A program made the position numbers and the translations under genes. A stretch of 64,000 bases of DNA from Candidatus Falkowbacteria bacterium (GTDB lineage: Bacteria; Patescibacteriota; Patescibacteriia; Patescibacteriales; UBA12075). The stretch is taken from contig JAZDLN010000033.1 of NCBI GenBank assembly GCA_043801965.1, positions 5,113 through 69,112 on the forward strand, read 5' to 3'. Below are positions 8,534 through 17,771 of the stretch, piece by piece. Under the pieces are notes generated by a model. That model saw only the letters and a list, made by a program, of their open reading frames with translations. It had not been told where the DNA came from and did not search any database. Each line of letters starts with the position of its first letter. Positions within the stretch are counted from its first letter, which is position 1.

Positions 8534-8570
8534 AAGCAATTACTATTATTAATTCAGCCACTGATATTTT

Positions 8571-8599
8571 TTGTCATTTGTGGAAAAATATGGTATAAT
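8571..8599 (+). promoter_or_regulatory. putative sigma70-type promoter of the major pilin gene
   Basis: TTGTCA (8571-8576), a 17-nt spacer, then TATAAT (8594-8599) with TG at 8591-8592. The pilA SD is ggaggtg at 8719-8725. Confidence 0.55.
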
Positions 8600-8729
8600 T
8601 GTGGATAAGTGCGTAATAGATTATATGGGTGCGTCGATCCCATTATCAACAAATATTATAAACCCGTACTCGTTAATTTAATTTCTAGAATTAAGTTTGC
8701 GAGCGCGAACAATAGATCGGAGGTGAAAT

Positions 8730-9212
8730 ATGAGAAATAACAAAGGTTTTACATTAATCGAATTATTGGTCGTAATCGCGATCATCGGCTTACTCTCATC
8801 TTTAGCGGTGGTGTCTTTGAATAATGCCCGGCAGAAAGCCCGGGACGCCCGCATAAAGAGCGACCTTAAGCAGGTCAGTACCGCCCTGGAGTTAGCTTAC
8901 AGCGAAGACGAAGAATACCCGGTGGCTGATGGTGCTTGCGGTGGTGGAACAGGCCGGATAATGGTACCGAATCTTATAGGCACCGCAGATCCCATGTGTT
9001 GCGGCAATGGCAACCCGATTATATCTTTAACGGGTGAAAGCGTGTTGCAGGCTCTGCCTTGCCACCCGGTTTCCGGTTCAAGCTATTATTTTGAAGGTAC
9101 GGCCGCCGGCGACAGCTACTGCATTGCCGGAGAGTTGTATAACGGTGATTTTTTTGCCTGCTCTAACGGCTCCTGCTTCGATAACGGAGCTAATAACTGC
9201 ACGGAACTATAA
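8730..9212 (+). CDS. pilA: type IVa major pilin (prepilin with class III signal)
   Basis: MRNNKG/FTLIELLVVIAIIGLL has G-1, F+1 and E+5. The NARQKARDA helix continues from it. The C-terminal head contains 8 Cys. Confidence 0.9.
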   Translation: MRNNKGFTLIELLVVIAIIGLLSSLAVVSLNNARQKARDARIKSDLKQVSTALELAYSEDEEYPVADGACGGGTGRIMVPNLIGTADPMCCGNGNPIISLTGESVLQALPCHPVSGSSYYFEGTAAGDSYCIAGELYNGDFFACSNGSCFDNGANNCTEL

Positions 9213-9234
9213 TCCGAGATCATATAAGAATAAT

Positions 9235-9269
9235 AATACCTTGCGGCTTTACCGCGGGGTATTATTTTT
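9235..9269 (+). terminator. rho-independent terminator after pilA
   Basis: aatacc..gcgg (9235-9246) pairs with ccgc..ggtatt (9252-9263), followed by a T-run at 9265-9269. Confidence 0.6.
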
Positions 9270-9277
9270 GGTATAAT
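9269..9277 (+). promoter_or_regulatory. putative extended -10 element (tggTATAAT)
   Basis: TGn-TATAAT at 9269-9277, about 85 nt upstream of ATG 9362. Confidence 0.4.
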
Positions 9278-9361
9278 ATATGTAGTTGTCATGTAAATAA
9301 TTTTTTGTTATTCATGATAATAATGTAAAAATGTAAAATTGTTTAAATATATTATAAAAAC

Positions 9362-9844
9362 ATGGAAATAAAAAGACAAATGGACCCGAAAAAGAAGAAA
9401 ATCATCCAAGTCGCCGCCGGCGTCCTGGTTTTTCTCTTGGTGGCCGTTTTTACGGGTTTTATAGTGAATTACGCGCAAAAGAGCGCCCGCGATACGCAGA
9501 GATTGTCCGATATAGCGGGTTTGCGGTTCGATCTCGAACTCTTTTATCATAAATACGATAAATTCCCCCTGGCGGTTCTAAAGGCGAAAAAAGAGGATAA
9601 AGTAGACTGTTCGGATAATCTGTGCCTGGAATACGTTCCGACCGATCCTTTAAGCGGCGCGGCCTACGTTTATACGCCCTGCGCCGATCCGGAGAACGTT
9701 AATTGCGGCGAGAATATCGGCCGCCCCCTAAGCTATATGCTGATCTATGCCTTGGAGACCGACAGCATCGGTCTTTTTCCGGGCAACCACTTTGCCTCCC
9801 CCAAGGGCGTTTGCGCCGATCCGAGCTGTTTATCGGTCAGATAA
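9362..9844 (+). CDS. pilin-like protein with a non-cleavable-looking N-terminal anchor
   Basis: 160 aa. It has a TM helix, then YAQKSARDTQRLSDI (pilin alpha1-C-like) and a GspG/pilin-type motif YVPTDPLSGAAYVY, with 6 Cys. The G/F-T-L-x-E prepilin cleavage motif is absent. Confidence 0.55.
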   Translation: MEIKRQMDPKKKKIIQVAAGVLVFLLVAVFTGFIVNYAQKSARDTQRLSDIAGLRFDLELFYHKYDKFPLAVLKAKKEDKVDCSDNLCLEYVPTDPLSGAAYVYTPCADPENVNCGENIGRPLSYMLIYALETDSIGLFPGNHFASPKGVCADPSCLSVR

Positions 9845-9911
9845 ATAAGTGAAATAGGTAAAATACGATAAATAAAAAAGCCGTTTTTTATTTTACTTAT
9901 TTCACTTATTT
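9843..9911. repeat. 22-bp stem intergenic hairpin (aaataagtgaaata arms)
   Basis: aaataagtgaaataggtaaaat (9843-9864) pairs with attttacttatttcacttattt (9890-9911), 21 of 22 complementary. The loop is 25 nt. A terminator role for the 9362 gene is possible. Confidence 0.75.
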
Positions 9912-9926
9912 TGTTTTCTTTAGCTT

Positions 9927-12272
9927 ATGAAAGCGCGTTTAAATAAAATTTTAGACTTATTCTCCGAAACGCTTATTCTGGGCGTCGTTTTCCTGGTGCC
10001 GATATTTTTTTCGCCGCCTTTTTTCATCACGGCCAATACTTTTGAATTAAACAAGATCGTATTGTTTAAAATCCTGACCCTGTGCCTCCTGGCCGTTACC
10101 GCGCTTAAGGCCGCCACGGACCGAAATTTTCGGGTTTCAGGCAAAAAACGGCTTTTCTCCTTTTCTTGGAATTGGCTGGTTATCGGTGGTTTTTTCCTGG
10201 CTTTGGCCTTAGCCACGGTTTTTTCGATCGACCCGCAAAAAAGTTTTTTCGGTTCTTACGATCGCCAGCAGGGACTCTCCGCGCAGATTTATTATCTGCT
10301 GTTTTTCGTAGCCCTGGTGCTTAACGTTTTTTCTTTTAAACAGATAAAACGGATATTGTCGGCCATAGTCTTATCATCCGCGGTGGTCTGCGGCTACGGC
10401 TTATCCCAGCAATTAGGATATGATTTCATGTCCTGGAGCGAATCCATCGAAGAGACCAACCGGGTAACCTCGACTTTCGGCCAGCCGAATTTTTTGGGAA
10501 TTTTTCTTCTCTTGGCCATGCCGGCAACTGTCCTGGCCGCCGTTTACGCCCGGAAGAGGGTAATCGGTTTTTTGTGCGCGGGAGTTTTGGGCCTGGAGTT
10601 ATTGAATCTGCTTTATATCTATAGCTTAAGTATCTGGTTGAGTTTATTTTCAAGCATGGCCGCGACCGGATTTTTTTATGTTTTCGTTAATCGGAAAAAT
10701 ATCTTTTCCGTTTTGAGGGGCCGTTTTAAGAAAGCGATCTTACCGGCCGCGGTCCTGATACTCTTGGCGGCGGGGGTTTTTTACGGCCTGCATGATTCCT
10801 GGTTTTTAAGCACCAAGATAAAGCAGGTTTTAAGCCTTGAGGGCAGTGCCGGCACCCGGCTGATCTATTGGCGGGCGGCCTGGGACGCTAGTAAGCAAAA
10901 GCCGTTTTTGGGCTTTGGTCCGGAGACGCAGGCAGACGTACTGACCGGTTATTACGATAAGGATTGGGGGATTTACGCCTATGTCAACGTCCGGCCGGAT
11001 CGGGCCCATAATATTATCTTAGACACCCTCTTAACCGGCGGCTGGTTGGGATTGGCCGGATTTTCAGTCCTGCTTTTTTCGTTGTATCGCTTTTTATACC
11101 GGGGCATCCGATCGGGCCGGAACGGATCGTTCTTCTATCTGCTGTTTTTGGCCATTACTTCTTATCTTGTATCGCTTTTTTTGAATTTTTCCTTTGTCAC
11201 CGCCGGCATATATTTTTGGCTGTATTTCAGCTTGATATTCCTGTCCGCAACGAATTTGCCGGAAGCGGAAGAAGTAAGGGAAGAATCGGAAGAAAGGCCG
11301 AGAAATAAGACGGTAGCTATTTTTAAAGCAGCCGTGTCGGCCGGAGTCGTGCTCTTGTGCATATTTATGGTTAACCGCCAGATAAAAGTCGTGGTGGCGG
11401 ATCATTATTATTTCGGTCTGGATATGGCCGCCCGGAATAACGATTATTTTACGGCATTAACGCTATATGATTATATAGACGAGCTGGAAACATCGACTTA
11501 TTTCGGCGAGAAATCCGCCGCTCTCGTAAGCGGCCTGATCATGGGCTCGAAAGAGGCGGGCTTAAGGAGGGGAGGAGATGACGCGATCAGGAAGATATTA
11601 CCGGAAATAAAGTCGGAAAGCTATACCGCCGGTCTTCTTAAGGCGAAATTATCCGCCGGTTTAGCCGCTCCTTACCAGGCGGAATTCTATGAACGGTCAG
11701 AGGCCGAGTACCGACGCGCTATAAACCATAGTCCCCGCACGCCCGGCAATTATACCGAACTGGCCGGTCTTTACCGTATCTGGGGGAAGAACGAGGAAGC
11801 GATCGTGAATTATAATATCGCTTTAAGCCTTTTGCCGGATATCTCCGATCCGCGCCTAGATTATCTGCATCAGGAAGCGATCGGCCGGGAGATATGGCGC
11901 GATCACGGCGGTATGGGCGATATACTTATGGCCGAAGCCGATTACGCCGGTGCTCTCGACCACTATCTTTCGGCCGGTTATTTTTACAGGAAAGAACCCA
12001 TGGTTTATTATAAAATTTTACAGGCTTATTACCGCTTGGGCGATCTGGACAGCGCTTTAACCTACGGCAGGCGCGGCTATAAGGAATATCCGGGGAATTA
12101 CCTTTGGCCGCATACGCTCGGCCAGCTTTATTATGAGACCGGAGATTTTTTAAACGCCCAGCGTTTTACGGAAGAAGCGCGCCGGATGGCGCCCAACGAT
12201 TGGGCGGTTAACGAACTTATCGGGAAAATAAACGGGAAATTGAATGCCAACCGGACAATATCCGACAATTAG
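9927..12272 (+). CDS. O-antigen ligase-like (Wzy_C) polytopic membrane protein with C-terminal TPR repeats; candidate pilin O-oligosaccharyltransferase
   Basis: 781 aa with about 12 TM helices. It carries the Wzy_C-type motif PDRAHNIILDTLLTGGWLGLAGF. The C-terminal ~300 aa are TPR-like (YRRAINHSPRTPGNYTELAGLY..., GDLDSALTYGRRGYKEYPGNY). Confidence 0.7.
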   Translation: MKARLNKILDLFSETLILGVVFLVPIFFSPPFFITANTFELNKIVLFKILTLCLLAVTALKAATDRNFRVSGKKRLFSFSWNWLVIGGFFLALALATVFSIDPQKSFFGSYDRQQGLSAQIYYLLFFVALVLNVFSFKQIKRILSAIVLSSAVVCGYGLSQQLGYDFMSWSESIEETNRVTSTFGQPNFLGIFLLLAMPATVLAAVYARKRVIGFLCAGVLGLELLNLLYIYSLSIWLSLFSSMAATGFFYVFVNRKNIFSVLRGRFKKAILPAAVLILLAAGVFYGLHDSWFLSTKIKQVLSLEGSAGTRLIYWRAAWDASKQKPFLGFGPETQADVLTGYYDKDWGIYAYVNVRPDRAHNIILDTLLTGGWLGLAGFSVLLFSLYRFLYRGIRSGRNGSFFYLLFLAITSYLVSLFLNFSFVTAGIYFWLYFSLIFLSATNLPEAEEVREESEERPRNKTVAIFKAAVSAGVVLLCIFMVNRQIKVVVADHYYFGLDMAARNNDYFTALTLYDYIDELETSTYFGEKSAALVSGLIMGSKEAGLRRGGDDAIRKILPEIKSESYTAGLLKAKLSAGLAAPYQAEFYERSEAEYRRAINHSPRTPGNYTELAGLYRIWGKNEEAIVNYNIALSLLPDISDPRLDYLHQEAIGREIWRDHGGMGDILMAEADYAGALDHYLSAGYFYRKEPMVYYKILQAYYRLGDLDSALTYGRRGYKEYPGNYLWPHTLGQLYYETGDFLNAQRFTEEARRMAPNDWAVNELIGKINGKLNANRTISDN

Positions 12273-13017
12273 GGGAATTCTTAAGAAAAGTTCTATTCTG
12301 GTTAAGATAGTAAAGAAAATCAGGATTTTTCGGCATTTTCGTTGGTCCGACTGGAAAGACGGCTTTAAGATCAGATTATTCTGGCAGGTTGAGCCGTACA
12401 CGACGGTCGGTTACGACCGGTTAAACAACGCTTTTAAGCTGGCGGTCCGCGTCGAAAAGGAAAAGATCCCCGGCGACCTCGTGGAATGCGGCACGTGGAA
12501 GGGCGGATGCGCCGCCGCCATGGCTTACGCGGCCGGAAGGGGGAAGGATAGGAAGGTCTGGCTTTTTGATTCGTTCGAAGGCTTGCCCGAGCCCGGGGAA
12601 GCGGACGGCCCCCTGGCCAAGGAGTTTGCGGCCGACCGGAATACCGGTAAGCTAAAACCGATCAACGAATGCGTGGCGTCCGTCAGGGACGCGGAAGAGA
12701 TATTTTTCGACAAGCTTAAAATAAGCAGGGATAGCGTAAAGATCGTTAAGGGCTGGCTGCAGGATACGCTGCCGGCGGCGTCCGCGCATATCGGACCGAT
12801 CGCGATTCTCCGCCTGGACGTCGATTGGCACGAATCAACGAAGATCTGCCTTGAGTATCTTTACGACAAAGTGGCGCCGGGCGGATACGTGATATTCGAC
12901 GATTACGGGCATTGGCCCGGCTGCCGCCTGGCCGTCGATGAATTTTTCGAAAAGCGCGGGCTAAAGCCGGATTTGAAGGTTATCGATTATACGGGCCGGT
13001 ACATGAAAAAAAATTGA
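12244..13017 (+). CDS. TylF/macrocin-O-methyltransferase family class I SAM methyltransferase
   Basis: GDLVECGTWKGGCAAAMAYA and LRLDVDWHESTKICLEYLYDKVAPGGYVIFDDYGHW match TylF-family hallmarks. It overlaps the upstream gene by 29 nt. Confidence 0.8.
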   Translation: MPTGQYPTIRGILKKSSILVKIVKKIRIFRHFRWSDWKDGFKIRLFWQVEPYTTVGYDRLNNAFKLAVRVEKEKIPGDLVECGTWKGGCAAAMAYAAGRGKDRKVWLFDSFEGLPEPGEADGPLAKEFAADRNTGKLKPINECVASVRDAEEIFFDKLKISRDSVKIVKGWLQDTLPAASAHIGPIAILRLDVDWHESTKICLEYLYDKVAPGGYVIFDDYGHWPGCRLAVDEFFEKRGLKPDLKVIDYTGRYMKKN

Positions 13018-13045
13018 TCCGCTCCCGGGATAATGAAGAGAATAT

Positions 13046-13795
13046 ATGCCTATAAAAAATACGCGATCCGACTGGAACGAATTCGCCCGCTTGAACGCTC
13101 AATGGGCGGTTTTGACCGATCCGGAAAGGAAATATCGGCCCTGGAAAGAAGAAGATTTTTTTTCGACCGGAGAGGCCAGAGTCGGGGAGATAATGAACAT
13201 GATCGCGGCCGAGGGCCTAAAACTTAATTCCGGCCGGGCGCTTGATTTCGGCTGCGGCGTCGGCCGTCTGACCCGGGCCCTTTCTCCGTATTTCCGGTCG
13301 GTTAAGGGCGTCGATATTTCCCCGGAGATGATAAAACGCGCCGAAAAAAATCTGGCCGATCTAGCTAATATCGAATTAGCGGTTATCGGACCGGAATGGC
13401 GCGCCGAAGACAGAGATGATAATTTCGATCTGATATTATCCGATCTGACCTTACAGCACCTGCCCGATCTTCGGGCCGTGCGCTATTATCTGAATTTATT
13501 CGCCCGGATCCTAGGGCCGGGCGGAGCGTTGTTTTTCCAGCTGCCGTCAGTGCCGGGATATTCTTTGTTTAAAACCGCCATGCTGGAATCGCGGGGCGGG
13601 CTGTATTATTTTTTGACGGCGCTCGGATTTTCCCGAAGATTTTGTTTTAAAAAATTGCGCTTGTCGCCCCGGATGCGCATGAATTGGCTGTCCGCCGCCG
13701 CGGTCCGGGGCTCATTGCCGGATAATATCGTTTTATCGCGCGTTTACGGTGAAAACAGCATTAATACGGCTTATTTAGCCGTTCGTCGACGATAG
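13046..13795 (+). CDS. class I SAM-dependent methyltransferase
   Basis: Motif I is ALDFGCGVGRLT. The post-I/II region reads FDLILSDLTLQHL and GPGGALFFQ. Confidence 0.7.
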   Translation: MPIKNTRSDWNEFARLNAQWAVLTDPERKYRPWKEEDFFSTGEARVGEIMNMIAAEGLKLNSGRALDFGCGVGRLTRALSPYFRSVKGVDISPEMIKRAEKNLADLANIELAVIGPEWRAEDRDDNFDLILSDLTLQHLPDLRAVRYYLNLFARILGPGGALFFQLPSVPGYSLFKTAMLESRGGLYYFLTALGFSRRFCFKKLRLSPRMRMNWLSAAAVRGSLPDNIVLSRVYGENSINTAYLAVRRR

Positions 13796-13796
13796 T

Positions 13797-14528
13797 ATGC
13801 TTAAAAATATTTTAAAAAAGATAAAACCGTTGATCGTCGGGGATTATTCGCCCGATGTCGCTTTCCGCTACCTGCCGGTCAGGGATATTCTAAAAAAAGA
13901 AGGCTTGATGGAGGCGCGGATACTGGAGGTCGGCTCCGGCGACCTCGGCATAACCCCCTATATCCGGCGGGAGGTCGTCGGTTTGGATATTGCCTTCGAC
14001 CGCCCCGGCCCTTATCTTAAGGCCCTGGAATACGCCGGTTCCGGGTTTCCTTTTCCGAACGATAGTTTTGATCTGGTTTTAAGCGTGGACAGCCTCGAAC
14101 ATGTCCCGGCCGATCAACGCCCGAAGATGATAAGCGAAATGATCAGGGCGGCCGGGAAGGCCGTCGTGGTCGTGGCGCCCTGCGGTCCGTCCGCGGCCGC
14201 GTCTGACCGGGAATTGGCCCGATACTTTAAATCTATCCACGGAAAGAGCGATAAATTTTTCGATGACCATATCTATAACGGCCTGCCGGAAAAAGACGCT
14301 GTCGTAAAAATGCTCGAAGATGGCGCCGCGCGGATAAACAAGAAGATAACGATACAAACCCGCCCCCTTTTAAATATCCGCCTCAGGAGATTTTACATGA
14401 AACGCGCGATTGATCCCGGTATATTGCCCAGTATAATATATTATAGCTTTTTGTTGCTTTTGCCTTTAAAAAATCGGCTGAATTTCGGACGATGCTACCG
14501 AGAGTTATTTTATGTAAAAATATTATAA
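13797..14528 (+). CDS. class I SAM-dependent methyltransferase
   Basis: ILEVGSGDLG, FDLVLSVDSLEHV and GKAVVVVAP. Confidence 0.65.
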   Translation: MLKNILKKIKPLIVGDYSPDVAFRYLPVRDILKKEGLMEARILEVGSGDLGITPYIRREVVGLDIAFDRPGPYLKALEYAGSGFPFPNDSFDLVLSVDSLEHVPADQRPKMISEMIRAAGKAVVVVAPCGPSAAASDRELARYFKSIHGKSDKFFDDHIYNGLPEKDAVVKMLEDGAARINKKITIQTRPLLNIRLRRFYMKRAIDPGILPSIIYYSFLLLLPLKNRLNFGRCYRELFYVKIL

Positions 14529-14548
14529 CCATTTTTTTGTTATCAGCG

Positions 14549-14615
14549 TAAATCCGCGCAGTAATCCGCGCCTGCCAGCGGGCAGGCAATATCCGCGGAA
14601 GACAATGGATTTCGG
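14549..14615. repeat. modular hairpin: (t)aaatccgcg k-mer arm plus GC core hairpin gcctgccagcgggcaggc plus degenerate complementary arm
   Basis: taaatccgcg lies at 14549-14558 and taatccgcg at 14562-14570. The core 7-bp stem is at 14570-14587. The right side is atatccgcgga...ggatttcgg (to 14615). Confidence 0.65.
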
Positions 14616-14669
14616 TAAATCATGAAATAATCACGGAAGGAAAAAAAATATTATTTTATATTGATATAT

Positions 14670-15320
14670 ATGTGCAACGCTAATTGCGTCATATTCGGCG
14701 TAAAAAATTTAAATGAATCCGAGATAGGCGGGAAAAAGGTGATCGAGGTCGGAGCTTTGGACGTAAACGGCAGCCTCAGGCCCATAGTGGAAAAATTAAA
14801 CCCCGCGGAATATATCGGAGTGGACATAGAGCGCGGCTCGGGCGTCGACCGGATCTGCCGGGCGGAAGACCTGGTCAAAGAATTCGGACCGGAAAGTTTT
14901 GACGCGGTTATTACCAACGAGCTTTTGGAACACGTCAAAGACTGGCGGGCCGCCATAGCCAATATAAAAAATATCTGCCGCCCCGGCGGGGTTATTCTTA
15001 TTACCACCCGGTCCGGCGGCTTTCCTTATCACGCTTATCCGCACGATTATTGGCGTTATGAGCCGGAAGACATGAAAAAAATTTTTGCTGACTGCGAGAT
15101 CATCGCCCTGGAAAGGGATCCTGAGGCGCCGGGGGTATTTGTTAAAATCAGGAAACCGGATGATTTCGTCGCCAACAGTCTTGACGATATCGACCTCTAC
15201 TCGATGGTGTCCGGCCGGAGAAAAAAAACAGTCGAACCGGGAGATTTTTATCGCCCGCGTTATTGTCAGACGATAATAAAAGAAAAATTTAAAAATATTT
15301 TAAAGTATTTGCTTAAATAA
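14670..15320 (+). CDS. class I SAM-dependent methyltransferase
   Basis: The track ORF starts at TTG 14661; an in-frame ATG lies at 14670. Motifs VIEVGALDVNGS, FDAVITNELLEHV and PGGVILITT. Confidence 0.65.
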   Translation: MCNANCVIFGVKNLNESEIGGKKVIEVGALDVNGSLRPIVEKLNPAEYIGVDIERGSGVDRICRAEDLVKEFGPESFDAVITNELLEHVKDWRAAIANIKNICRPGGVILITTRSGGFPYHAYPHDYWRYEPEDMKKIFADCEIIALERDPEAPGVFVKIRKPDDFVANSLDDIDLYSMVSGRRKKTVEPGDFYRPRYCQTIIKEKFKNILKYLLK

Positions 15321-16762
15321 TGCTCTTCAACTCCATACAATTTTTGATATTTTTCGGCGCCGTGTACGGTTTATACCTCTTGGTCCATAAATTTTTTTCG
15401 CACAAAGCGGAAAACCGGCTCTTACTGGCCGCCAGCTACGTATTTTACGCGGCCTGGGATTGGCGTTTTTTATCCTTGATTTTTACGTCCGCGTTGATTA
15501 ATTTTTATTGTGGAGGGAAAATTTTTTCCGGGCAGGACGAGCGGATAAAAAAGCGGTATTTAATTTATGCCGTATCCGCCAACCTGCTGATTCTGGGTTT
15601 TTTCAAATATTTCGATTTTTTCGCGGCCAATCTATCGGCGCCGCTCTCCGCGCTCGGTCTTGATCCGGGCATCGGCGCGCTCGGCATTATCCTGCCGCTC
15701 GGTATTTCGTTCTATACTTTTCAGGCCATGACCTACGCGGTCGATATTTATCGCGGAGAAATAAAACCAACCGGCAATTTTTTCGATTTCGCGCTTTTTG
15801 TCTCTTTCTTTCCTTTGGTCCTCGCCGGCCCCATCGAGCGGGCCAAGAACCTGTTGCCGCAGATTACCGCCCAGAGAACTTTAAGCCGGGATAAGTTTTA
15901 CGAGGGATGTTTTTTGATATTTTGGGGACTCGTCCAAAAGACGGTGATCGCCGACAATCTCGGCGCCAGACTGGTCGATCCGGTTTTTAACGGCGGCGGC
16001 GCAACGGGTATCCATGTGCTGATCGCGGTTTACGCATTTGCCATCCAGATCTATTGCGATTTCGCCGGTTATTCCAATATCGCCCGGGGGCTGGCTAAAT
16101 GCCTGGGCATAGAACTTACGGTAAATTTTAACCTGCCTTATTTCGCCGCCAATCCGAAGGACTTCTGGCGCCGTTGGCACATAAGTCTCTCGTCCTGGTT
16201 TAAGGATTACGTTTATATACCCCTGGGAGGGAACAGGCGCTCCCGGGCGCGGACAACAGTCAATCTTCTTATTACTATGGTGCTATGCGGTTTTTGGCAC
16301 GGCGCGGCCTGGACTTTTTTAGTTTGGGGGGCTTTTCACGGGATATTACTGGCGGTTTACAGGCTTTTTTCTTCTATTTCCGGAAAATTACCGGCTTTAG
16401 GCAATCTCTTGGCGTCAAAGTTTTTTTACGCCGTCCGGGTGTTTTTGTTCTTTAACGTTATTTGCCTGGGCTGGGTTATTTTCCGCGCGTCCTCCCTTAA
16501 AGAGGCCTGGGAACTGGGAAGAAAATTATTTATCGGTTGGGATTTATTCCTGACCCCGCATCTGGCGATCAGTCTTTATTATTTCGCGTTCTTTTCGGCC
16601 TGTCTTTTTGTCGTTGAATTTTTCCAGTACCGCTGCCATGATCTTTTGTATTTTTACCGCGCGCGTCCGGCCGTCAGGATAATATTTTATCTTGTCTGTT
16701 TTTATTTGATTATTATATATGGATGGAGTGAAACCCAAGAATTCATTTATTTCCAGTTTTAA
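15320..16762 (+). CDS. MBOAT family membrane-bound O-acyltransferase (AlgI/DltB/PatA-like)
   Basis: 480 aa polytopic protein. It has the MBOAT signature DFWRRWHISLSSWFKDYVYIPLGGNR and a second His in GFWHGAAW. Its start overlaps the previous stop (taATG). Confidence 0.9.
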   Translation: MLFNSIQFLIFFGAVYGLYLLVHKFFSHKAENRLLLAASYVFYAAWDWRFLSLIFTSALINFYCGGKIFSGQDERIKKRYLIYAVSANLLILGFFKYFDFFAANLSAPLSALGLDPGIGALGIILPLGISFYTFQAMTYAVDIYRGEIKPTGNFFDFALFVSFFPLVLAGPIERAKNLLPQITAQRTLSRDKFYEGCFLIFWGLVQKTVIADNLGARLVDPVFNGGGATGIHVLIAVYAFAIQIYCDFAGYSNIARGLAKCLGIELTVNFNLPYFAANPKDFWRRWHISLSSWFKDYVYIPLGGNRRSRARTTVNLLITMVLCGFWHGAAWTFLVWGAFHGILLAVYRLFSSISGKLPALGNLLASKFFYAVRVFLFFNVICLGWVIFRASSLKEAWELGRKLFIGWDLFLTPHLAISLYYFAFFSACLFVVEFFQYRCHDLLYFYRARPAVRIIFYLVCFYLIIIYGWSETQEFIYFQF

Positions 16763-17756
16763 AGGCCTGCCCCTGGTTCTGGCCGCCAGCCTGGTTTTGT
16801 TTTTTATGAGCGGATCCGCATTGGCTCGGACGGATTTTATCTGGCATTTTTTTTACTTAAATAGCCGCCCCGCCACCGACCACTTCCTGCGCAAAGCGGC
16901 CGAATTGCGCCTGATAAGCCGCGAAAAATCCGGACAGCGCGTTTTTCTGGTCGGTTCCAGCGTCGCTTATGAAGGCTATGACGAAGCTTACCTTAATTTC
17001 CGCTCGTCCGGAACAGAGTTTTATAATTTCGGATCCGGAGGGGTCACCCCCATAGAATTATTTCTCCTGAGAAATGAATATATCGCGAAGCGGCCCGATA
17101 CGGTCGTATTCCCGGTTTACATCGGGGATTTTTACGGTAAAGCGAATTACGCGAGCCTGAAATATTTTTTTAAATTCGAGATCCTGTCCCGGATAATATC
17201 GATCGTCGGGTGGAGGGACCTGTGCGATCACCGGGGGGAGATGATCGATTCGATGATCGGCCGGATCTTGCCTTTTTACCGTTATAATAAATCGATCATC
17301 CGCTCGATCGAGGCCGCCGTGAGAGACCGCGTCCTGGAGATTCGCCGCGACGCCCCGGAGGTCGCGAAAAAAACCGGGCAGATGTCAGCCGATTTTTTCG
17401 AGGAACTCGCGGCCCTCGAACCGAAATTTAAAACGACGGAGCACGCGGCACTGCGCAAAAAATTGTTTCTGGAGTTCGCGCGCGATCTTAAAATTTCCGG
17501 CGTGAACCTGGTCCTCGTAAGCGCGCCCATGAATTCCCGCCTGGCCGAGATCAGCGCCCCGGGGCTGGAGGAGGAAATGGACGATTGGCTGCGAACCGCG
17601 GCCGCGGAATACGGTTTTAGGTATATCGGAAAATCGGAATTACCGGCTTTTATTGATGGCGAATTCGTCGATTTTACCCACTTGAACGAAAAGGGGAGAG
17701 AGAAGAATTCCGCTTTTTTACTTGATTATCTGGATAAGGCGGGATATTTTGAATAA
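16719..17756 (+). CDS. membrane-anchored SGNH/DltD/AlgJ-like partner of the MBOAT enzyme
   Basis: 345 aa with an N-terminal TM. It has a Ser block FLVGSSVAYEG and a C-terminal DxxH block FVDFTHLNEKG. It sits immediately downstream of the MBOAT gene and overlaps it. Confidence 0.5.
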   Translation: MDGVKPKNSFISSFKGLPLVLAASLVLFFMSGSALARTDFIWHFFYLNSRPATDHFLRKAAELRLISREKSGQRVFLVGSSVAYEGYDEAYLNFRSSGTEFYNFGSGGVTPIELFLLRNEYIAKRPDTVVFPVYIGDFYGKANYASLKYFFKFEILSRIISIVGWRDLCDHRGEMIDSMIGRILPFYRYNKSIIRSIEAAVRDRVLEIRRDAPEVAKKTGQMSADFFEELAALEPKFKTTEHAALRKKLFLEFARDLKISGVNLVLVSAPMNSRLAEISAPGLEEEMDDWLRTAAAEYGFRYIGKSELPAFIDGEFVDFTHLNEKGREKNSAFLLDYLDKAGYFE

Positions 17757-17771
17757 ACTTGTATTTTATAT

